Part shown: in pieces, positions 10,724 to 25,353 of the stretch
Layout: every line of letters begins with the position of its first letter
How positions within the stretch are numbered: position 1 is the stretch's first letter
DNA from: Eledone cirrhosa
Taxonomy: Eukaryota
Assembly: GCA_964016885.1 (NCBI GenBank)
Contig: OZ024747.1
Span: 27,652,001 to 27,716,000 of the forward strand
DNA: 64,000 nt
Direction of reading: 5' to 3'
The notes under the pieces: model-generated
What the model was told of the DNA's origin: nothing
The model's database searches: none
What the model saw: the letters and a program-made list of their open reading frames with translations, nothing else
Made by a program: the position numbers and the translations under genes

Positions 10724-10935
10724 AGTGTAGGAGTCATGGCAAAAAGCACCCAGTATACACTGTAAATGTGGTTGGCATTAGGAAAGGCATCCAACTGTAG
10801 AAATCTAGCCAGAAACAGTTCTGTATGAGCAGGATACGGTTATCTGACCCAACCTACCTCAAATGGAATAACCCGTCTAACCCATGCTAATATGGAAGGT
10901 GGACGTTAAACGGTGATAATGATGATGATGATAAT
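10724..10935 (+). mobile_element. Diverged RTE 3'-UTR/tail fragment
   Basis: GGTTGGCATTAGGAAAGGCATCCAACTGTAGAAA..CCCATGCTAATATGGAA..GGACGTTAAACG then (GAT)n; follows (TA)n. Confidence 0.8.
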
Positions 10936-11858
10936 ATATGCCCGTTCATGGTATAGAAATAATGGTATATCTAAGCACACATAGTTTCATGTATAATTAC
11001 ATATATTTACATAAACAGACATTTATATCTCCACATCAAATTACTAGTGGTATTCAGTAAATACAAGAACCACTAACAAAGCCACACACTTCTACTATAG
11101 TCCCCAGTACCCCCCCCCCCATAATTTTACTACCCATCCCCATCCTCAATAACAGGCTGGGATGGATTGTCATACACTAACTCCTGTATCTCAGGCATTG
11201 TTAGACTGACAAATTATTAAATAATATTGGACAATAGCAACATGAAATCACAGAACATTAATGATATGAAGAGCTGTGGTGGGGGTGGTGACAGTGATAG
11301 AATCACTGAGGTGATGACGATGGTGGCATGGATACTATCACCACCACCGCTACTACTACAGACATCATTTCTGATGTGTTACTACAAGAGTTCAGGTACA
11401 AAAGAGGGAGAGGATGTAGTGAGAGTCAGAGAGATAGAAAGGGAGAAAAATAATAGAGAGGAGCTGAGAGAAAACGAAAGAGGGAGTGAAAGAGGGGTGT
11501 AAGAAAGCTAGAGAGACAGAGAAAGGAAGATAAAGGGAATATACATTATAGGTAAAAGAGTAAAAGAATATATAACTGTGAGCTGCTAAATGTTGAGTCA
11601 GTCATGTGATGTGACCCTTCAACTGGTAAATGGATTACCAACACTGCCATTACTACATAGCTTTGGTGATGTTTACAAAGGTCTGAGACGAGTACTGTTG
11701 ACATGCCTAATCCTTAAATCTGCAGGTTTGATGCCTTCAGCTGTCTACATTAATATACAACCTCTTTCACATATACACATAGTGTGTGTGAGTGTATACA
11801 CACACACACACACACAGAGACATATACTCACATACACAGCTATGTGCATGTGTGTGTG

Positions 11859-11893
<35 letters not shown>

Positions 11894-12689
11894 GAGAGAG
11901 GGTGTGTAAATGTGTGTCTGGGATGTAAGAGAGAGAGAAGTCCTAGAAAAGTAGATAATGTTATATAGCAATGTCAAGGGGAAGAGGTAAAAACCTTAAA
12001 ACTGCAGATATTGTTCCTTTATCAATAGATGAAGGACAAAGAGACAAGAGGGGAAGGGGGCAAAGAAAGAGTGGAAGAAGAGAAAGAAACTCAGCTAAGT
12101 GTTGACTGGTGGGAGGCCTCACTAGAGAGAGAGGCCTTAAAACAGTAGATTATGACAGTAAAAAAATGGAGTCAAAATTAGAAGCCAATTCTTATAATCT
12201 GATAGTAAATATTGAATACATTACATGGTAATGGTGGGGCATAAGGTGGTGCATCAGGTGGTTGTGATGGTGGTGGTGCATCAGGTAGTTGTGATGGTGG
12301 AGGTGCATCAGGTGGTTGTAGTAGTGGTGTTGGTAGGTAAAGTGGTAGTGGGTAATGTGATGGTGATAGTTGTTGTGGTGGATAAAGTGGAAGTAAATGT
12401 ATGGGGGTGATAAAGTGGTGGTGGTGGTAGGGTAATGTGGAGGTGTGGTGATGGGTAATGTAGTGGTGGATACGGTTGAAAGGTATCATTAGTCAATAAA
12501 TGCTTTCATTAATTGAGATTTCCTTCTTAGAGAAAGAGAAAGCAAAAATCTAGCAGTAATTATGAGTGACTCTCAAAGTAAGGAATTAATTTCTAATGAA
12601 AGACTGCCTATGATTTTGAAATCATTTTGTAAATAATCAAGAATTTGGAACATAACTTAACAGATGTTCTTATATAAAACTTTTTCCTC

Positions 12690-12872
12690 AACATGGCCAT
12701 CTTTAAATAACCCCAGAACTCTGCTATTTTAGGGGAGAGCAAAATTTAAGCTATATGTTGGCATGTTCCGGGAGCTAAATAACCTATGTATCCAATTTGA
12801 ACAAAATCGGATGGAAACTGGAAATGCATCGCCTGCATACAGACATGACATTTTCGTTTTTATATATATAGA
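12690..12872 (-). mobile_element. Helitron/HINE-like 5' end fragment
   Basis: Minus strand begins TCTATATATATAAAAACGAAAATGTCATGTCTGTATG. The plus strand contains CCAATTTGAACAAAATCGG, resembling DINE-1/HINE-type cores. Confidence 0.5.
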
Positions 12873-12939
12873 TTATATTTTGGGAAGGTCATGATGCCAA
12901 TTTTGATTGGAAACTGGAATGGCTTACTTATCTAACTAA

Positions 12940-13148
12940 TAATGGTTTCTGATTTAGGCACAAGGCCAGCAATTTTGGGGTAGGGAAGTCGATTAAATCA
13001 ACCCCAATGTGGGGCTGGTACTTTATTTTATTGACCCCGTAAGGGTGAAAGGAAAAGCTTATAAGTTCGACAGGATTTAAAAGGCTGTAACTCTATGCTG
13101 CAAAGCATATTGTTTGACACTCTACTGATACTGCCAACCCCCTGCCCT
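12940..13148 (-). mobile_element. tRNA-derived SINE copy
   Basis: AGGCACAAGGCCAGCAATTTTGGGG..GGTACTTTATTTTATTGACCCCGTAAGG. Confidence 0.8.
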
Positions 13149-13589
13149 ACTTATTTAATTAATAATAAAACTGAAGTGAAACTCATCTGGTGCATTGTTT
13201 TTATCAGCACATGACCTTCCCAAAGTATAACAACATTTTTTTAGATAAATATAAACATTTTCAAATACCCAGTGGAATTTTCAGGCAGTTTAAAATAAAA
13301 GGGTAGAGTTAATCAATGAAGAATTTGGAGAGATTTACTAAAATTATTATTTCATCATAAAACCAGTTGAAGTGGCTTGGTATCAAAATATATTGACTTT
13401 AAAAAATTCATTCTTAATTTTTTGAGGAAAATTGAGAGAGGAATCTTTCACAGGAATGAAGAACTTAGCTGGACGTACTTTGAGAAAATATGCAATAGAA
13501 ATGGTAAATTCTATAGCTTAGTTAGAGGTAAGTACTGGAAAGATGCGAATAACCACCCTATTGCAATGTAGCCTTTTGAGGCACAATTT

Positions 13590-14052
13590 GAACTTTTTTG
13601 ATAGCAACTTGCTCAAAATTGGCTCTGGTTTTATGAAATAAAACCACCCCATATTAATTGGTTCCTATTTAAATTAAAGCTTCCAACATACTTTTATATA
13701 AGAACAACTCTTCATTTTAATAATGAAATAATAATTTTTAGCTAATTCCTTCAAATTCTTCATTAATTAACCCTTTCTATATCAAACTGCCTGAAACTAC
13801 GCCTGGTTCTGAGATTCAAAACTGTTTATTTTAAAGAGTGTATATATATCTAAAAGCTTTCCCCCATAGTTCTATGTAAGACCTTTAATTTACCAACACA
13901 ACCTTAATAACGAGAAATTGGGTTATCTTTCAAAGTCTTATTTTGAAACTTATTTAAAAATTATAAATAGCATCTTTCATTAGAAATATGGCAATGAAAG
14001 AGTTAATTAAAATACAGTGAATTCCATTAGAAATATGGTCATAAAGGGTTAA
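13590..14052. mobile_element. Nested TTAA-flanked AT-rich MITEs (piggyBac-like)
   Basis: Inner copy 13771-14002 is bounded by TTAA|CCCTTT..AAAGAG|TTAA, inside an outer relative ending AAAGGG|TTAA at 14052. The family recurs at approx. 21855-22233, 30884-31110, 32815-33050, 35575-35760 and 36533-36983. Confidence 0.65.
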
Positions 14053-14459
14053 AGAATATGATATAATCATCATCCAAACATAGAATACAACTACTTAAAT
14101 AGAAATAAAGCAAAAATGTAGAGATGGTACTACATTGCCATGATATGTAGAAGACATTCACTAGACTATCAGCAGCTGTCACAGAATATACTAAAAGTAA
14201 AGGTATTTACATTTGTATAAGATGTAATGGTGTAATAGAAATCTACCATATGTTGGAAGAATTTCACATTGAGGCATAAAACACATTATTTGGCTACCTG
14301 GAAGAATATGATGGTATATTGGTGTTAAATTTCACATGATAAAAAGATCAGACCAAGGAAACTATTTCCATTGCTGATACTATCTGTCAGTCACAACTGC
14401 TGGCAGAAGAGAGTGTGTGTGTGTGTGTGTGCATGCACATGCGAGTGTATGTACATATA

Positions 14460-14890
14460 CATCTATGGGAACTCCTGTATGAAGATGACCTAGTCCTTAT
14501 AGCTGAATCTGTGGGAGAGGCAAAATTCCAAGCATGGAAGAAAAACCTAGAGTCAAAAAGCCTACAAGTAAACTTAACAACCACAAACATCTTAATAAGT
14601 AGGAAAGAAGGCAGGAAGCTGTTAATATTAGGGAAGTGGCCTTGCTTGATATCTCAAAAAGAAATAGCAAAAACTCCATAAGGTGCATATGGTGTAAACC
14701 TATGGACATCCAGCTGTAGAAAACCTGCTAAATAAAGTGCTGGGAAAACTCTATAGTTGTTGTGTCAAAGACATCTATAGTTGTGTCAAAGACATAACAA
14801 CTTCCCTAGAGCTGGTGAACAATAAAATGCACTTAGCAGAGCATGGGGATGGTTCATAAGCAAGATATGGATGTTAAATAACGATGATTA
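14460..14890 (+). pseudogene. Decayed, internally deleted RTE (PHD family) fragment
   Basis: WELLYEDDLVLIAES..KFQAWKKNLESKSLQVNL..GKWPC, followed by 3'-UTR remnants CATCCAGCTGTAGAAAACC and a GAT tail. Confidence 0.8.
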
Positions 14891-15379
14891 TATATATATA
14901 AAAATATATCAAAAGTGGAAGAATATAATCAAATCTGAAATAAGAGTAGAGACAAATATATAAGATGTAATTGCCAGCCACAGATACGAGAAAAAAAACA
15001 TGGCGTCTTGCTTCAGTTCTTTAAAACCAGTAAAATATTTTATTTTGGATATTTTTCTGTTATAGCAAACCTTTGTTGATATTTACATCTTAAAGTGAGT
15101 TATATTTTTGAGTGACATATTATTGAAATATGTTTTTTCTATTCTGAAGATGGTGTGGAGCTTTGTGAGTTTACCAGGTTTTTTAACAGACAAAATAAAT
15201 TTGCCAATTATTTTTTACTGGAAGACTCAAGATGTTTTGCACCAGAAATGATTGCAAATGATTAAACAGTTTTAATGAAAGTTGGTTGATTTTCCTTCAA
15301 TTAATTTTTAATATATTGGAAAAGAAAGAAGCTGATCATCAGATTAGATTAAGAAAACAATGTTGATACTATCCCACAG

Positions 15380-15573
15380 TAATAATTGTTTCTACTTTAG
15401 GCACAAGGCCAGCAATTATCCAGTGCATTACTGGTACTTTATTTTATCGACCCCGTAAGGATGAAAGGCAAAGTAAACCTCGGCGGGATTTGAACTCAGA
15501 TCGTAAAGGGACGTAACTATGCTGGAAAGCATGGCGTCAAACCCTCTACCGATACTGCCAATCCACCACCCTT
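15380..15573 (-). mobile_element. tRNA-derived SINE copy
   Basis: Reverse complement of the 7698-7882 family; young-looking. Confidence 0.85.
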
Positions 15574-16714
15574 GGCAGAGGTGTCACTGTTTTTTTAGTA
15601 ACAGGAAGCAGGATTTGAACTTGGAACACACAGAGCTAAGACAGTGCAAAGTCTCATGCCTGACTCTTTAACAATTCTGTCATTCCACTATTGTATTGGT
15701 ATTTTATTTATTGACCCTGAAAGAATGAAAAATAAATTTTGATCTTGGCAGGATATGAACTGAGTGTAGAGAGTCACAACAAATACCAAATCGAACAGAT
15801 AGCCTTTGAGATGAAACTTCTATAAAATCCAAACACCAACCTAATAATGAGAAAGTTATAACACTAAATAAAGCCTTTCAAGTAATTGTTTATTTTCAAA
15901 ATTGTGTGAAAATCAAAGAAATACCAAATTAATATTGAAACAGTTAGTTATATCACTAAATCCCTTCAAAATCTTGTTATTTTCGAAATCTTTTGAAAAT
16001 CTTAGCTAGTGTCTTTCATTAGAAATATGGTAACAAAAAGGTTAAATTATGTTCCAAACACCATCTTTATAATGAGAAAGTCAGTTATATAACTAAATCG
16101 CTTCAAATCTTTTATTAGTTTCAAAATTATTTGGAAATGATATACAATGTCTTTCATTTGAAATATGCTTAACGAAAGGACTAAAGGTGTTTATGTTTAT
16201 ATAAAAACCTTCCATCACAATTTCATGAAAAAAACCTTATATTCCAAACATCAACTTAATAACAAGAAAGTTAGCCACATTACTAAATCCCTCCAAATTT
16301 GGAAATCAGAGGCAATGTCTTGTTTCTACAATCTTACATTGACAAATTTGTAAAAAATTTCAATTTGAGCATCATGAAAAATTGGTATGACAATAAATGT
16401 GTCCATCCAAACAACAATGTAAAAGTACTATGGGGTATGAAGATTCAAGTGGATAAGCAAATAGAGAGTATTCACACTAAGACATTGTATTCAATAAAGA
16501 GAAAAGTGTGTTTTTGCTAATCAATGTCGCTTGCCTATTCGATACTAGAATGGTAGACAAAGAATGCAAGGAAATAGAAAAACAGCAAGAACTAAAATAC
16601 AAAATGCAGAGGATCTGGAATTGACAGAAAGTTATCATTGCAATTGTAATATAAAGACACACATAAACACATCCATAAATACTGACATACACATACATAA
16701 ATACACAGACGCAT

Positions 16715-16758
<44 letters not shown>

Positions 16759-17773
16759 GCAGACAGACAGAGAGAGAGAGTCTGTGTGTGCATGTGCGAG
16801 GTTGTCATAAGGAAGTTGGCCCAGTTGAAATGTCAGCATGGCCATGATCACAGCAGTGTGATTTCCTTGTTTAAGCAAGACAAGAAGGAGGGGAAAAGAT
16901 TAATAACTTTAATGAAAAAACAGCAAGGAAAATTGATTTCAATCAATTGAAACTCTTTATTTTTAATTAATTAAGGCGAAAGTGTCTAACATTGAAACAG
17001 CTGACAATCAGCAGACATTTCTGGGGGTTGGGTGAAGGAAATGGAAGTGATAGAGTGACAAACAAAGAGAGGGTGAGAGTAGGGAGGTGAGGAAATGAGA
17101 TAGAGAGAGAGAGGATGAGGTTGGGAGATGAGGAAGTGGTAGAGTATCATATAGAAACAGGGTGAGAGATGTGAAGAGATAGCAGTGAGATGGGAAGGTG
17201 AGGAAGTGATAGACAGAGAAAGAAAGGGTGGGAGTAGCGAGGTGAGGAAGAGGTATAAATGAGAGGGGAGGTTAGATAAGGAAAAGATAGAAGTGAAATA
17301 TGGAGGGTTGTAGGGTAGTGATAATGGCAGAGGGATTAGGAGTAGGGAGAATAGTAGAAATGGAAGAGGTGGGGTGGAGAGGAAGAGGTAGGAATGAGAG
17401 AGAGGATGTGGTGGATGTGGAAAGAAAAACTAGTTTGATTATTAGGTGGGTGGAAACAGGTGAGTAAAAGAACCTCAGAATTTAACTGAGGTTTAGGAAA
17501 TCATCCCCAGAAGGATGAAAAGGATGGCAAAGGTTGAACACAGAATAGTCATCACTTAATATTATATATTGGGTTTGTGATTGTAAAACATTTAACATTA
17601 CTGTGAGATATATATATTATATATATATGAAAAGATTTGGGACCCCGATGGCTGAGCTCCGGCCGTTTTGACAGGTAGATCTGAACTACTACCCCAAGTA
17701 TTGAGTACTCTGGTGCGTTATGGCCCACCTGGTATCTTACCACACCCTCTTTGTTATTTATATATATATATTA

Positions 17774-17851
17774 CAGGGTATCCCCCCAAAATGTATACTC
17801 ACTTTGATTACCGGGACAGGCAATATTTAAGTATACATTTTTGGGGGATAC

Positions 17852-17855
<4 letters not shown>
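17774..17855. mobile_element. 82-bp Tc1/mariner-type MITE
   Basis: 26-bp TIRs CAGGGTATCCCCCMAAAATGTATACT (1 mismatch). TA on the left; runs into (TG)n on the right. Confidence 0.75.
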
Positions 17856-17931
<76 letters not shown>

Positions 17932-18802
17932 CACAAGTGAGGGAAGACATCCAGTGTGAATGTGTATGTATATATGTTTGAATCTGCATTTGTGTGTGAG
18001 TGCATGTATGTTTATGTGTGAGTGTACGTATGTTTATGTGTAAGTGCTTGTCCAGTCATTCCAATATATATATATATATATGTGTGTTGTGTGCACACAT
18101 GTCAGTGACTGTCTATTCATTCCAAAGTATGTGTGTATGCATGTATGTGACCACCACTCCTCTTTCATATTCAATAACCTCATACTTTTCAATCATTTCA
18201 CCATTGCAACAGCCTTCTACTCACTCTTGCCATACAAACTGGAACATCCCTGCCATCCACCCTCCACTAGAAATCTAACACCCCCACAACTCGGAACACT
18301 CTAGAATATCTCCATGTGTCCCTCCTCCACTTGAACACCCTCTATCCTCTTGTACCACACACACTACAATATCTGACAATCCCCTCCCTCACTATGCACA
18401 CTCAAATACACCAGTCACCTGCCTTCACCCCTATATCCCCTGCCACCATATACAACACACCAAATCCAACCTAAAATCAGTGCAAGCGATGGAAATTGTT
18501 AGTTGGTGGTGTTGATGATGCTGCTGGTGGTAATGATGATGGTGGTGGTGGTGTAACCTTCCTCTCTTTCTGTCCCTCCAAGGTTCACTGTTCTGATGGC
18601 TGACTCATGTCTTCTTTTGTGATTGTATTATTGGCACTACTGAGCAGCGTAAGAATTGGATGGCTGTCAGGTGGATTGAGGTGTCTATAGGGTTGGGGTA
18701 GGTACAATAGACAGTTAGATAGATTAGATTGATAAACAGATATATATATATAGATACAAATAGATAAATAGTTAATATTGATAAATATAGAGACAAAGAT
18801 AT

Positions 18803-19268
18803 GTCATCATTATCATCATCATTTTTATGTCCGTTTTTCCATGCTTCCATGAGTTGGACAGGTTTTTCTCAGCATGGGATCTCTCCACTTGTCGCGTTCC
18901 TTTGTCATCTCTGCAAGTCTCAGCAATTTGAGGTCAGCTCTCACAACCTCTGCCCAGGTCTTTCTCAGTCTCTACTTCTACTGCGGTTTCCTTCCACCGA
19001 GATTTCCTGACACTTCCAGCGATCATTGTTCATGTGCATCACATGTCCATACCAACGCAGTCTTCTCTCCTGCACACTACTTCGGATTCCTCTTAAACCC
19101 AGTTTCTCCCTCACCTTGTCAAGACTGCCTTTCTCTCACCCTTACAATGCACATCCAATGAAGCTTGTTGCTTCATTTCTCTCCAGTCTACACATGTCCC
19201 CTGCAGTCACAGCCCATGTTTCACTAGCATGCAGCAGCATCGCACTTCTCACACAGGTGTCATTCAGT
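18803..19268 (-). pseudogene. Decayed RTE 3' fragment
   Basis: Reverse complement encodes RRLRWYGHV-like sequence; tail motif CCATGCTTCCATG and (CAT)n on the plus strand. Confidence 0.7.
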
Positions 19269-19290
19269 CACACACACATATATATATATA

Positions 19291-19347
<57 letters not shown>

Positions 19348-19629
19348 TTAATATAGGTAGATAGATAGATGGAGACTGAGAAACAAGCTGTGTAAGCGTG
19401 TCTGTATTTAACTATAAAGTTGCAGACTGTGATAGGCGATATAGTGATAGATAGTCAGGCTGTTGGCTATTTCTAAGTCCATTAGGTTGTCTAAGAAACA
19501 TATCCTTGACATCATGGTTGTTGTGTGGTTAGAGGTAATGTAGTAAAATAGGAACAGTAAATTAATGGATAACACATCAGGTAAATGTACTTATTAATGT
19601 AGAGTTAATAAGTTATATATAAGCCATGT

Positions 19630-20236
19630 AGCTTACAATGTCATCGGATTGATTCCTGGACTGGGTGGCACTTTGTGTTCTTGAGCAAACTACTTTATTT
19701 CATATTGCTCTTTCTGCTAGGAATGGCAACCGGCAGATGCTATTAGCAATTGAAAGACCAATGGAAACATTGTTTCCTTGGTCTCGCCTCACAGTTGGCT
19801 CCATTCCTTTCCCATATACATAATGGTGTGGACCTCTGTTGGTTTTGAAGCTGAACATTTATGCTTAATATAATTCTCAGAAAGATTTAGCATGCCACAC
19901 TGTGTGATGAGGCTGGCCATTTGAATTACAGATACAGTACATCTTGTATGGTAATATAAGTGGCTGAGTATTCCACAGACACATTGTACCCTTAATGTAA
20001 TTTTCAATGAGATTACTTAAATTACCTGCATCAGTTGTTAGATGCTGGGACACTGTATCCTTTAAAACCTCCATACTTCCTGAAATTCGCCAACACTACA
20101 CCTGATATTCCCACTCCATATACACGCACACATGTATATCACGACTTATACACTGTTCACTTTCCTGTGCACTGCACCTTTGATGAGTTGTAGTGCACCT
20201 GAACACTGTACACAATAATTTCATTATTATTATTAT
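19630..20236 (+). repeat. Cluster of old SINE/LINE-tail fragments ending in (ATT)n
   Basis: TGTGTTCTTGAGCAA core-like motif; GTGGCTGAGTATTCCACAGACAC module; GAGTTGTAGTGCACCTGAACACTGTACACAATAATTTC followed by (ATT)n. Confidence 0.5.
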
Positions 20237-20699
20237 GCATGAGACAATGTGTGACAAGTCTAACTCTTTGGATTACACATAGAGTCCATAGGCTTCTATA
20301 CAATTTCTGTCTACCCAGTTCTACTCACAAATTTCAGTTGACCCAAGGTTATTGTCTAAACTTGCCCAAGATGCTACACAGGGCCTCATGATTGCAAAGT
20401 AAAATTCTTAATCACCCAGTTAAACTAACATCTGCACTGATACACATATATAGTGTACTGGGTGATTTTTATCATGGCACCAGTACCAGAGGAGCTATGT
20501 CCTCAACAGGACTAAAGTTGTGCCCTCAACTCTACATGGTGGTGGGAGTAGTAGTGATAGTAGAGGTAGCAGCAGTAGTGGTGGTGGAGGTGGTACTGGT
20601 GGTGATGGTGCTGGCAGTGGCAGCAGCAGTAGTAGTAGTAGTGGTGGTGGTGGTGCTGATGATGGCAGTAGTAGTAGTAGTAGTAGTGCTGATGATGGC

Positions 20700-20736
<37 letters not shown>

Positions 20737-23700
20737 TAGAATCATATATAAACCAGAAGAACTGAGGATAAGAGCCAAGAAAATGTGATTTGTTAAAGAC
20801 ATGACTACATTCAAGTGGATCTCGAAAAAACACTGGAGGGATGAATAGAGGGTTAAAGGAGTCATGGGATGAAGAGGTAACTAGAGAAGGGGGAGGGTGT
20901 TATAGGGGCCATGGTGTGGGTGAAGAGGAAGATAGAGAGAGGGAATAAGAAGAAATGTTGAGTGGAATATTGGAGTGTAAGGAATGAGTAATTGAAAGTG
21001 GTGGTGATAGTGTTGGTGAGTGGTGCAGATGGTAGTGGTGGATGTGATGTTGATAGTGATGGTGATAGTAATGTGGGGGGGGGGGGGGGGTGACAGTGAT
21101 GGTGGTAGTGGAGATGGTAGTTTGTTGTGGTTGTAATGGTGGTGGCGGTGATGTTGGTAGTGGAGATGGTAGTTAGTTGTGGTTGTGGCGGTGGTGTTTT
21201 AGTTGTTGGTGATGGTGGTGACAGTGGAGCTGATAGCTAATTGTAGTGATGGTGATGCTGAAGGAGGAAACAGAATTGAAGCAAAAAAGATGAGAGGTGT
21301 TGTGAAGAGGGCAAGGTAAAGGAGAGAAAGAGATGAATTGAATGAAAGCAAGGAGAGAGAAATTAAGAGAGATGGGAGATGAAATTCCAGACAAACCATT
21401 TGAATTATGTTAACAAATAATATTGTCTGTGTGAAGAAAAAAGAAATTGAAATTTTCATAACCCGCCATCTTACATTCAATAGCACCCCCTCCACCTAAT
21501 ATTTTTTTTTTTTTTTAGTGGGGTGAAGGGTGTCTGTGTTGATGCTGTTGGTGGTGGTGGTGGTGGTATTGGTGGTGCTGTTGTCATTGTTATAGATGTT
21601 GTTATTGTCATTGTTATTGATGCTGGTGGGGGTGCTGTTGTCACTGTGGTTGTTGTTGTCATCATTGTCATTGTTGTTATTGTTCAATTTTTTTTCAAAG
21701 TTTCTATTTTGTTCTGTTCAAATCATCATGCATGACATAACTTTCATAATTTCTACAAAATCTCAAGAAATATGTCGAGCAGAAAGAAAGAAAAAATGAA
21801 AACTGGGTCTTTGGATACATTTCAGTTGACTGCATTCAATTGTCTGACTTTGAACCCTTTTGATACCAAATTGTCTGAAACCACTCCTTGTTCTATGATA
21901 CTAAACTATTTCAGTTAGTTGTGACCAATTCATTGCCTTTTAAATACTTGAAAATTGACAAATGACATTTTCAAATAATGGATTATTAGAAAATCATTCT
22001 TGCTACTTTTTGATACCAAACTGCATGAAACAGCCCATAGTTCTAATTTACAAAGCTGTATATTTTATAATATTCATATTTATCTAAAATCCTTATGCCA
22101 CAACCTTTGTTAAGTTAGGTTCCAAACCACAACTTAAATTATATTACTAAACATATCTAAATTCTTAATTATTTTCAAAATTATTTAAAAATCATAGGCA
22201 GCGTCTTTTATTAGAAATATGGTAACAAAAGGGTTAAAGTGTTTCTATTTATTTGGGACCCCTAAATGAGATGCAACATGGTGGTTTGTGATAGTGACAG
22301 TGATAATGATGACAATGATGATATGGTAATGATGGCACAGGGTGTTCAGAAATACTGCAAAACATTATAAAAGCTTCACCCCAATTAATACAAGTTCCTC
22401 CATGATCAAACCACATTACCAAAATCCTATTTTCTTTGATGTCCTCAAGCTTCGAACATCAAACAGTTTGGCAGAGTGTCAGGTTATGAGACAACAGAAC
22501 CTATTTGCTCCAAAAATAATGTTGATAATGATGATGATGATGGTGGTGGTGGTGATGATGATGGTGATGGTGGTGGTGGTGGAAATAAAAGTTTGATTTC
22601 ATCTCAGGAGATAACTGTAATTAGTTTAATTAGGCATATCTCATAACTATTTCGAGTATCTGAATTGGAATATGGCCAGGAATTTGGAAATGAAGATTTT
22701 TTTTTTTTGTCCAATCATCATGACCATCATCTTATGTTCGCTTTCCATACTCGTATGGGTTGGACAGGTTACCATTAGGCATGACTAGATAGGTCCAATG
22801 ACAATGTCTTACTATTACCTCCCATGTCTGGCATGGTTTTTATGGCTTGATGCCCATCCTAATGCCAACCACTTTACAGTGTGCTGGCTACACTTTATAG
22901 GGGCACCAACAAGGTCAAATGAATTGAATACAATAAAATGGACCGACATCTTACATGGTTTCAAATTAGGGGTTTTGAACATATGCAGTCAGAAAATTCT
23001 TTTTAAAAGCCATAAAACTCTAAACTCCCCAGATAGATATTTTTTTGCCAATCAAATAAAGAAATTAATTCTCTCTCTTTGCTATTTTTATTTCTATCTT
23101 CAGTTGTGTCAAGGGCCTGACAATATCAATTGATTTTTGGACCTAATTGAGCCATCATCAGAAGGTGTGTATATCATCCAAACCACAAATATATATATAA
23201 AGAGAGAGAGTATGATTCTGAGGAGGATGGCGATTGAACAGGAACTTCGAGACTAGTATTAGGTAGTAATCTAACCACTACCATGCTGGTTGATACACTG
23301 ATCTCCACCGTTCAATAGACCCCCTGAAACGATTGTAAAACAATCAACTAACTCTCTACCTATACCTGATTTCTGTTTTTATTGTTCAAACACACACATA
23401 TATATTTATATTATTTCATGAAAGGAGGGCATTTTAAATGTAAAATCGGAAAATTAAGATAACTATGACAACAGAAGGAATTTCAATAATTATTTTGTAA
23501 AGTCTTTTGTAATGTCTATATCCTATTGTTGTTGTTTCTATACTGTGGGGAGTATATCCTATGATAAGTGAGCATGTGCACTTTTACTATTATGTGTGCA
23601 TGTATGTATTATTGCTGTACGTATGTATGTGTTATTGTTATAATGTGTGTGTACCCATCTGTGTGACTGCATATGCATGCGTATTTCATTTTATTTGCAG

Positions 23701-24486
23701 TTGCATGTATGCATATGAGTGTGTACTTATACGTGTGTGAGTGTGAATATGTGTGTATAAGAATAAGTGTCTTATATGAGTGTGCATGCATAACTGTGTG
23801 GGTATGTGCATGTGTATGCATGTGTAACTGCATGCACGTGTGTGTGTGTGTATGTTAGAGCCCATGTGAAGGTATGCTGACATATTTGTATGAAAATAAC
23901 ATGAAATTGTTCCAGACAAGATGAGCAAGCTGGAAAATATGGCACGGTAGAAGGGGGTGGGGGAGGTTGTAATGTTGGAGGATGTAGAGCAAAGAGATGA
24001 TAGGTGAGGAGGGTGGAGAGGAAGGAGCCGGTGGTGGAAGAGACAGAGGAGAAAGGAAGGTGATGGGAGACAGAGGAGAGCAAAAATGGAAGTGTCTTGA
24101 AGACAAAATATAGAAGTACAGAATTTAAGAAAAGGAAAGAAGACTGAAAAGTGAAGACACCACCATCATCATCATCGCCACCACCATCACATCTCACCAC
24201 CATCATAAGCCACATCACACCACCATCATTACTACATCTCTATCACCACCACAACTGTCATATTCTACATACCCCACACCTACCCTCTGAGCCACTCAAT
24301 ATTTGAGTTGAGAATTAGATGAAATATTTAATATAAATTAATAACTTTATATTGGTGATAAATCAACTAGACAGACAGACAGATATATATATATATATAT
24401 ATGAGAGGGGGGGGGGGTATAAAGAACACCTGAATGGAATGGAAAGTCAACATCGAAGAGAGCAGCAGCAAAGAGATGGTTTTGTT

Positions 24487-24520
<34 letters not shown>

Positions 24521-25043
24521 ATAGACAAATAGTGAGAGAGTGAGTGAGAAACAGAGACAGAGATAAAGAGGAACCAAGTGTCTTTTAATGAATGGTTCTA
24601 TTCCAGCTTTGCTATTTCTTCTCTTCCCACTCCCCACTAAAAAGTCTTGCCAAGATGTCAGGATGTTCTTCACCTCCTCCTCTTCTCTTTAACTCTGACA
24701 CAATTTCACTGCCATGAAAAGTTCAAGTGGAAAATTTCATAGACTTAGTCAGAGTTGGTGAGAAATGGTGAGAAACTGAGGCAAAATGGTTAGGGATGAT
24801 GGGTGGAAGGAGTTAAGTGTGAGGAACACACGCACACACACATATATATATACATACGCACACACACACACACATACATATATACACATGCACACACACA
24901 CATATATATACATATATATACACATATATATACACACACATATATACACACACACACACACATATACACACACATACACATATATATATACACACACACA
25001 TATATATATATATACATACACACACACATATACATACAGGCAC

Positions 25044-25099
<56 letters not shown>

Positions 25100-25304
25100 G
25101 GAAATCAGTAAAATCGAATCTCTGGCGGTTTGCAAGTAAATTCGGCCTACTCATATGAAATGATGAGTTAGCAAAGCACTCGATAAGATAGGTCTCAGAG
25201 TTATAACATACGTTTAAATAGCTTGACAAATGGAACATTGTGGTAGGCGAATCTAATACACAATATATACCAAAGCAACGATAGAACTAATCAGGTTGAG
25301 CAAA

Positions 25305-25348
<44 letters not shown>

Positions 25349-25353
<5 letters not shown>

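Noticed and set aside
20540-21700. Gly/Ser/His/Val-rich ORFs (also 12.2, 27.8 and 51.7 kb)
   Set aside because: Degenerate (GGT/AGT/GAT)n trinucleotide tracts with no coding or splice evidence.
25155-25200. Further hammerhead candidates (ATGATGAGT..ACTCGATA here; also approx. 26125 and 62728)
   Set aside because: Too many core mismatches to separate from chance in AT-rich DNA.
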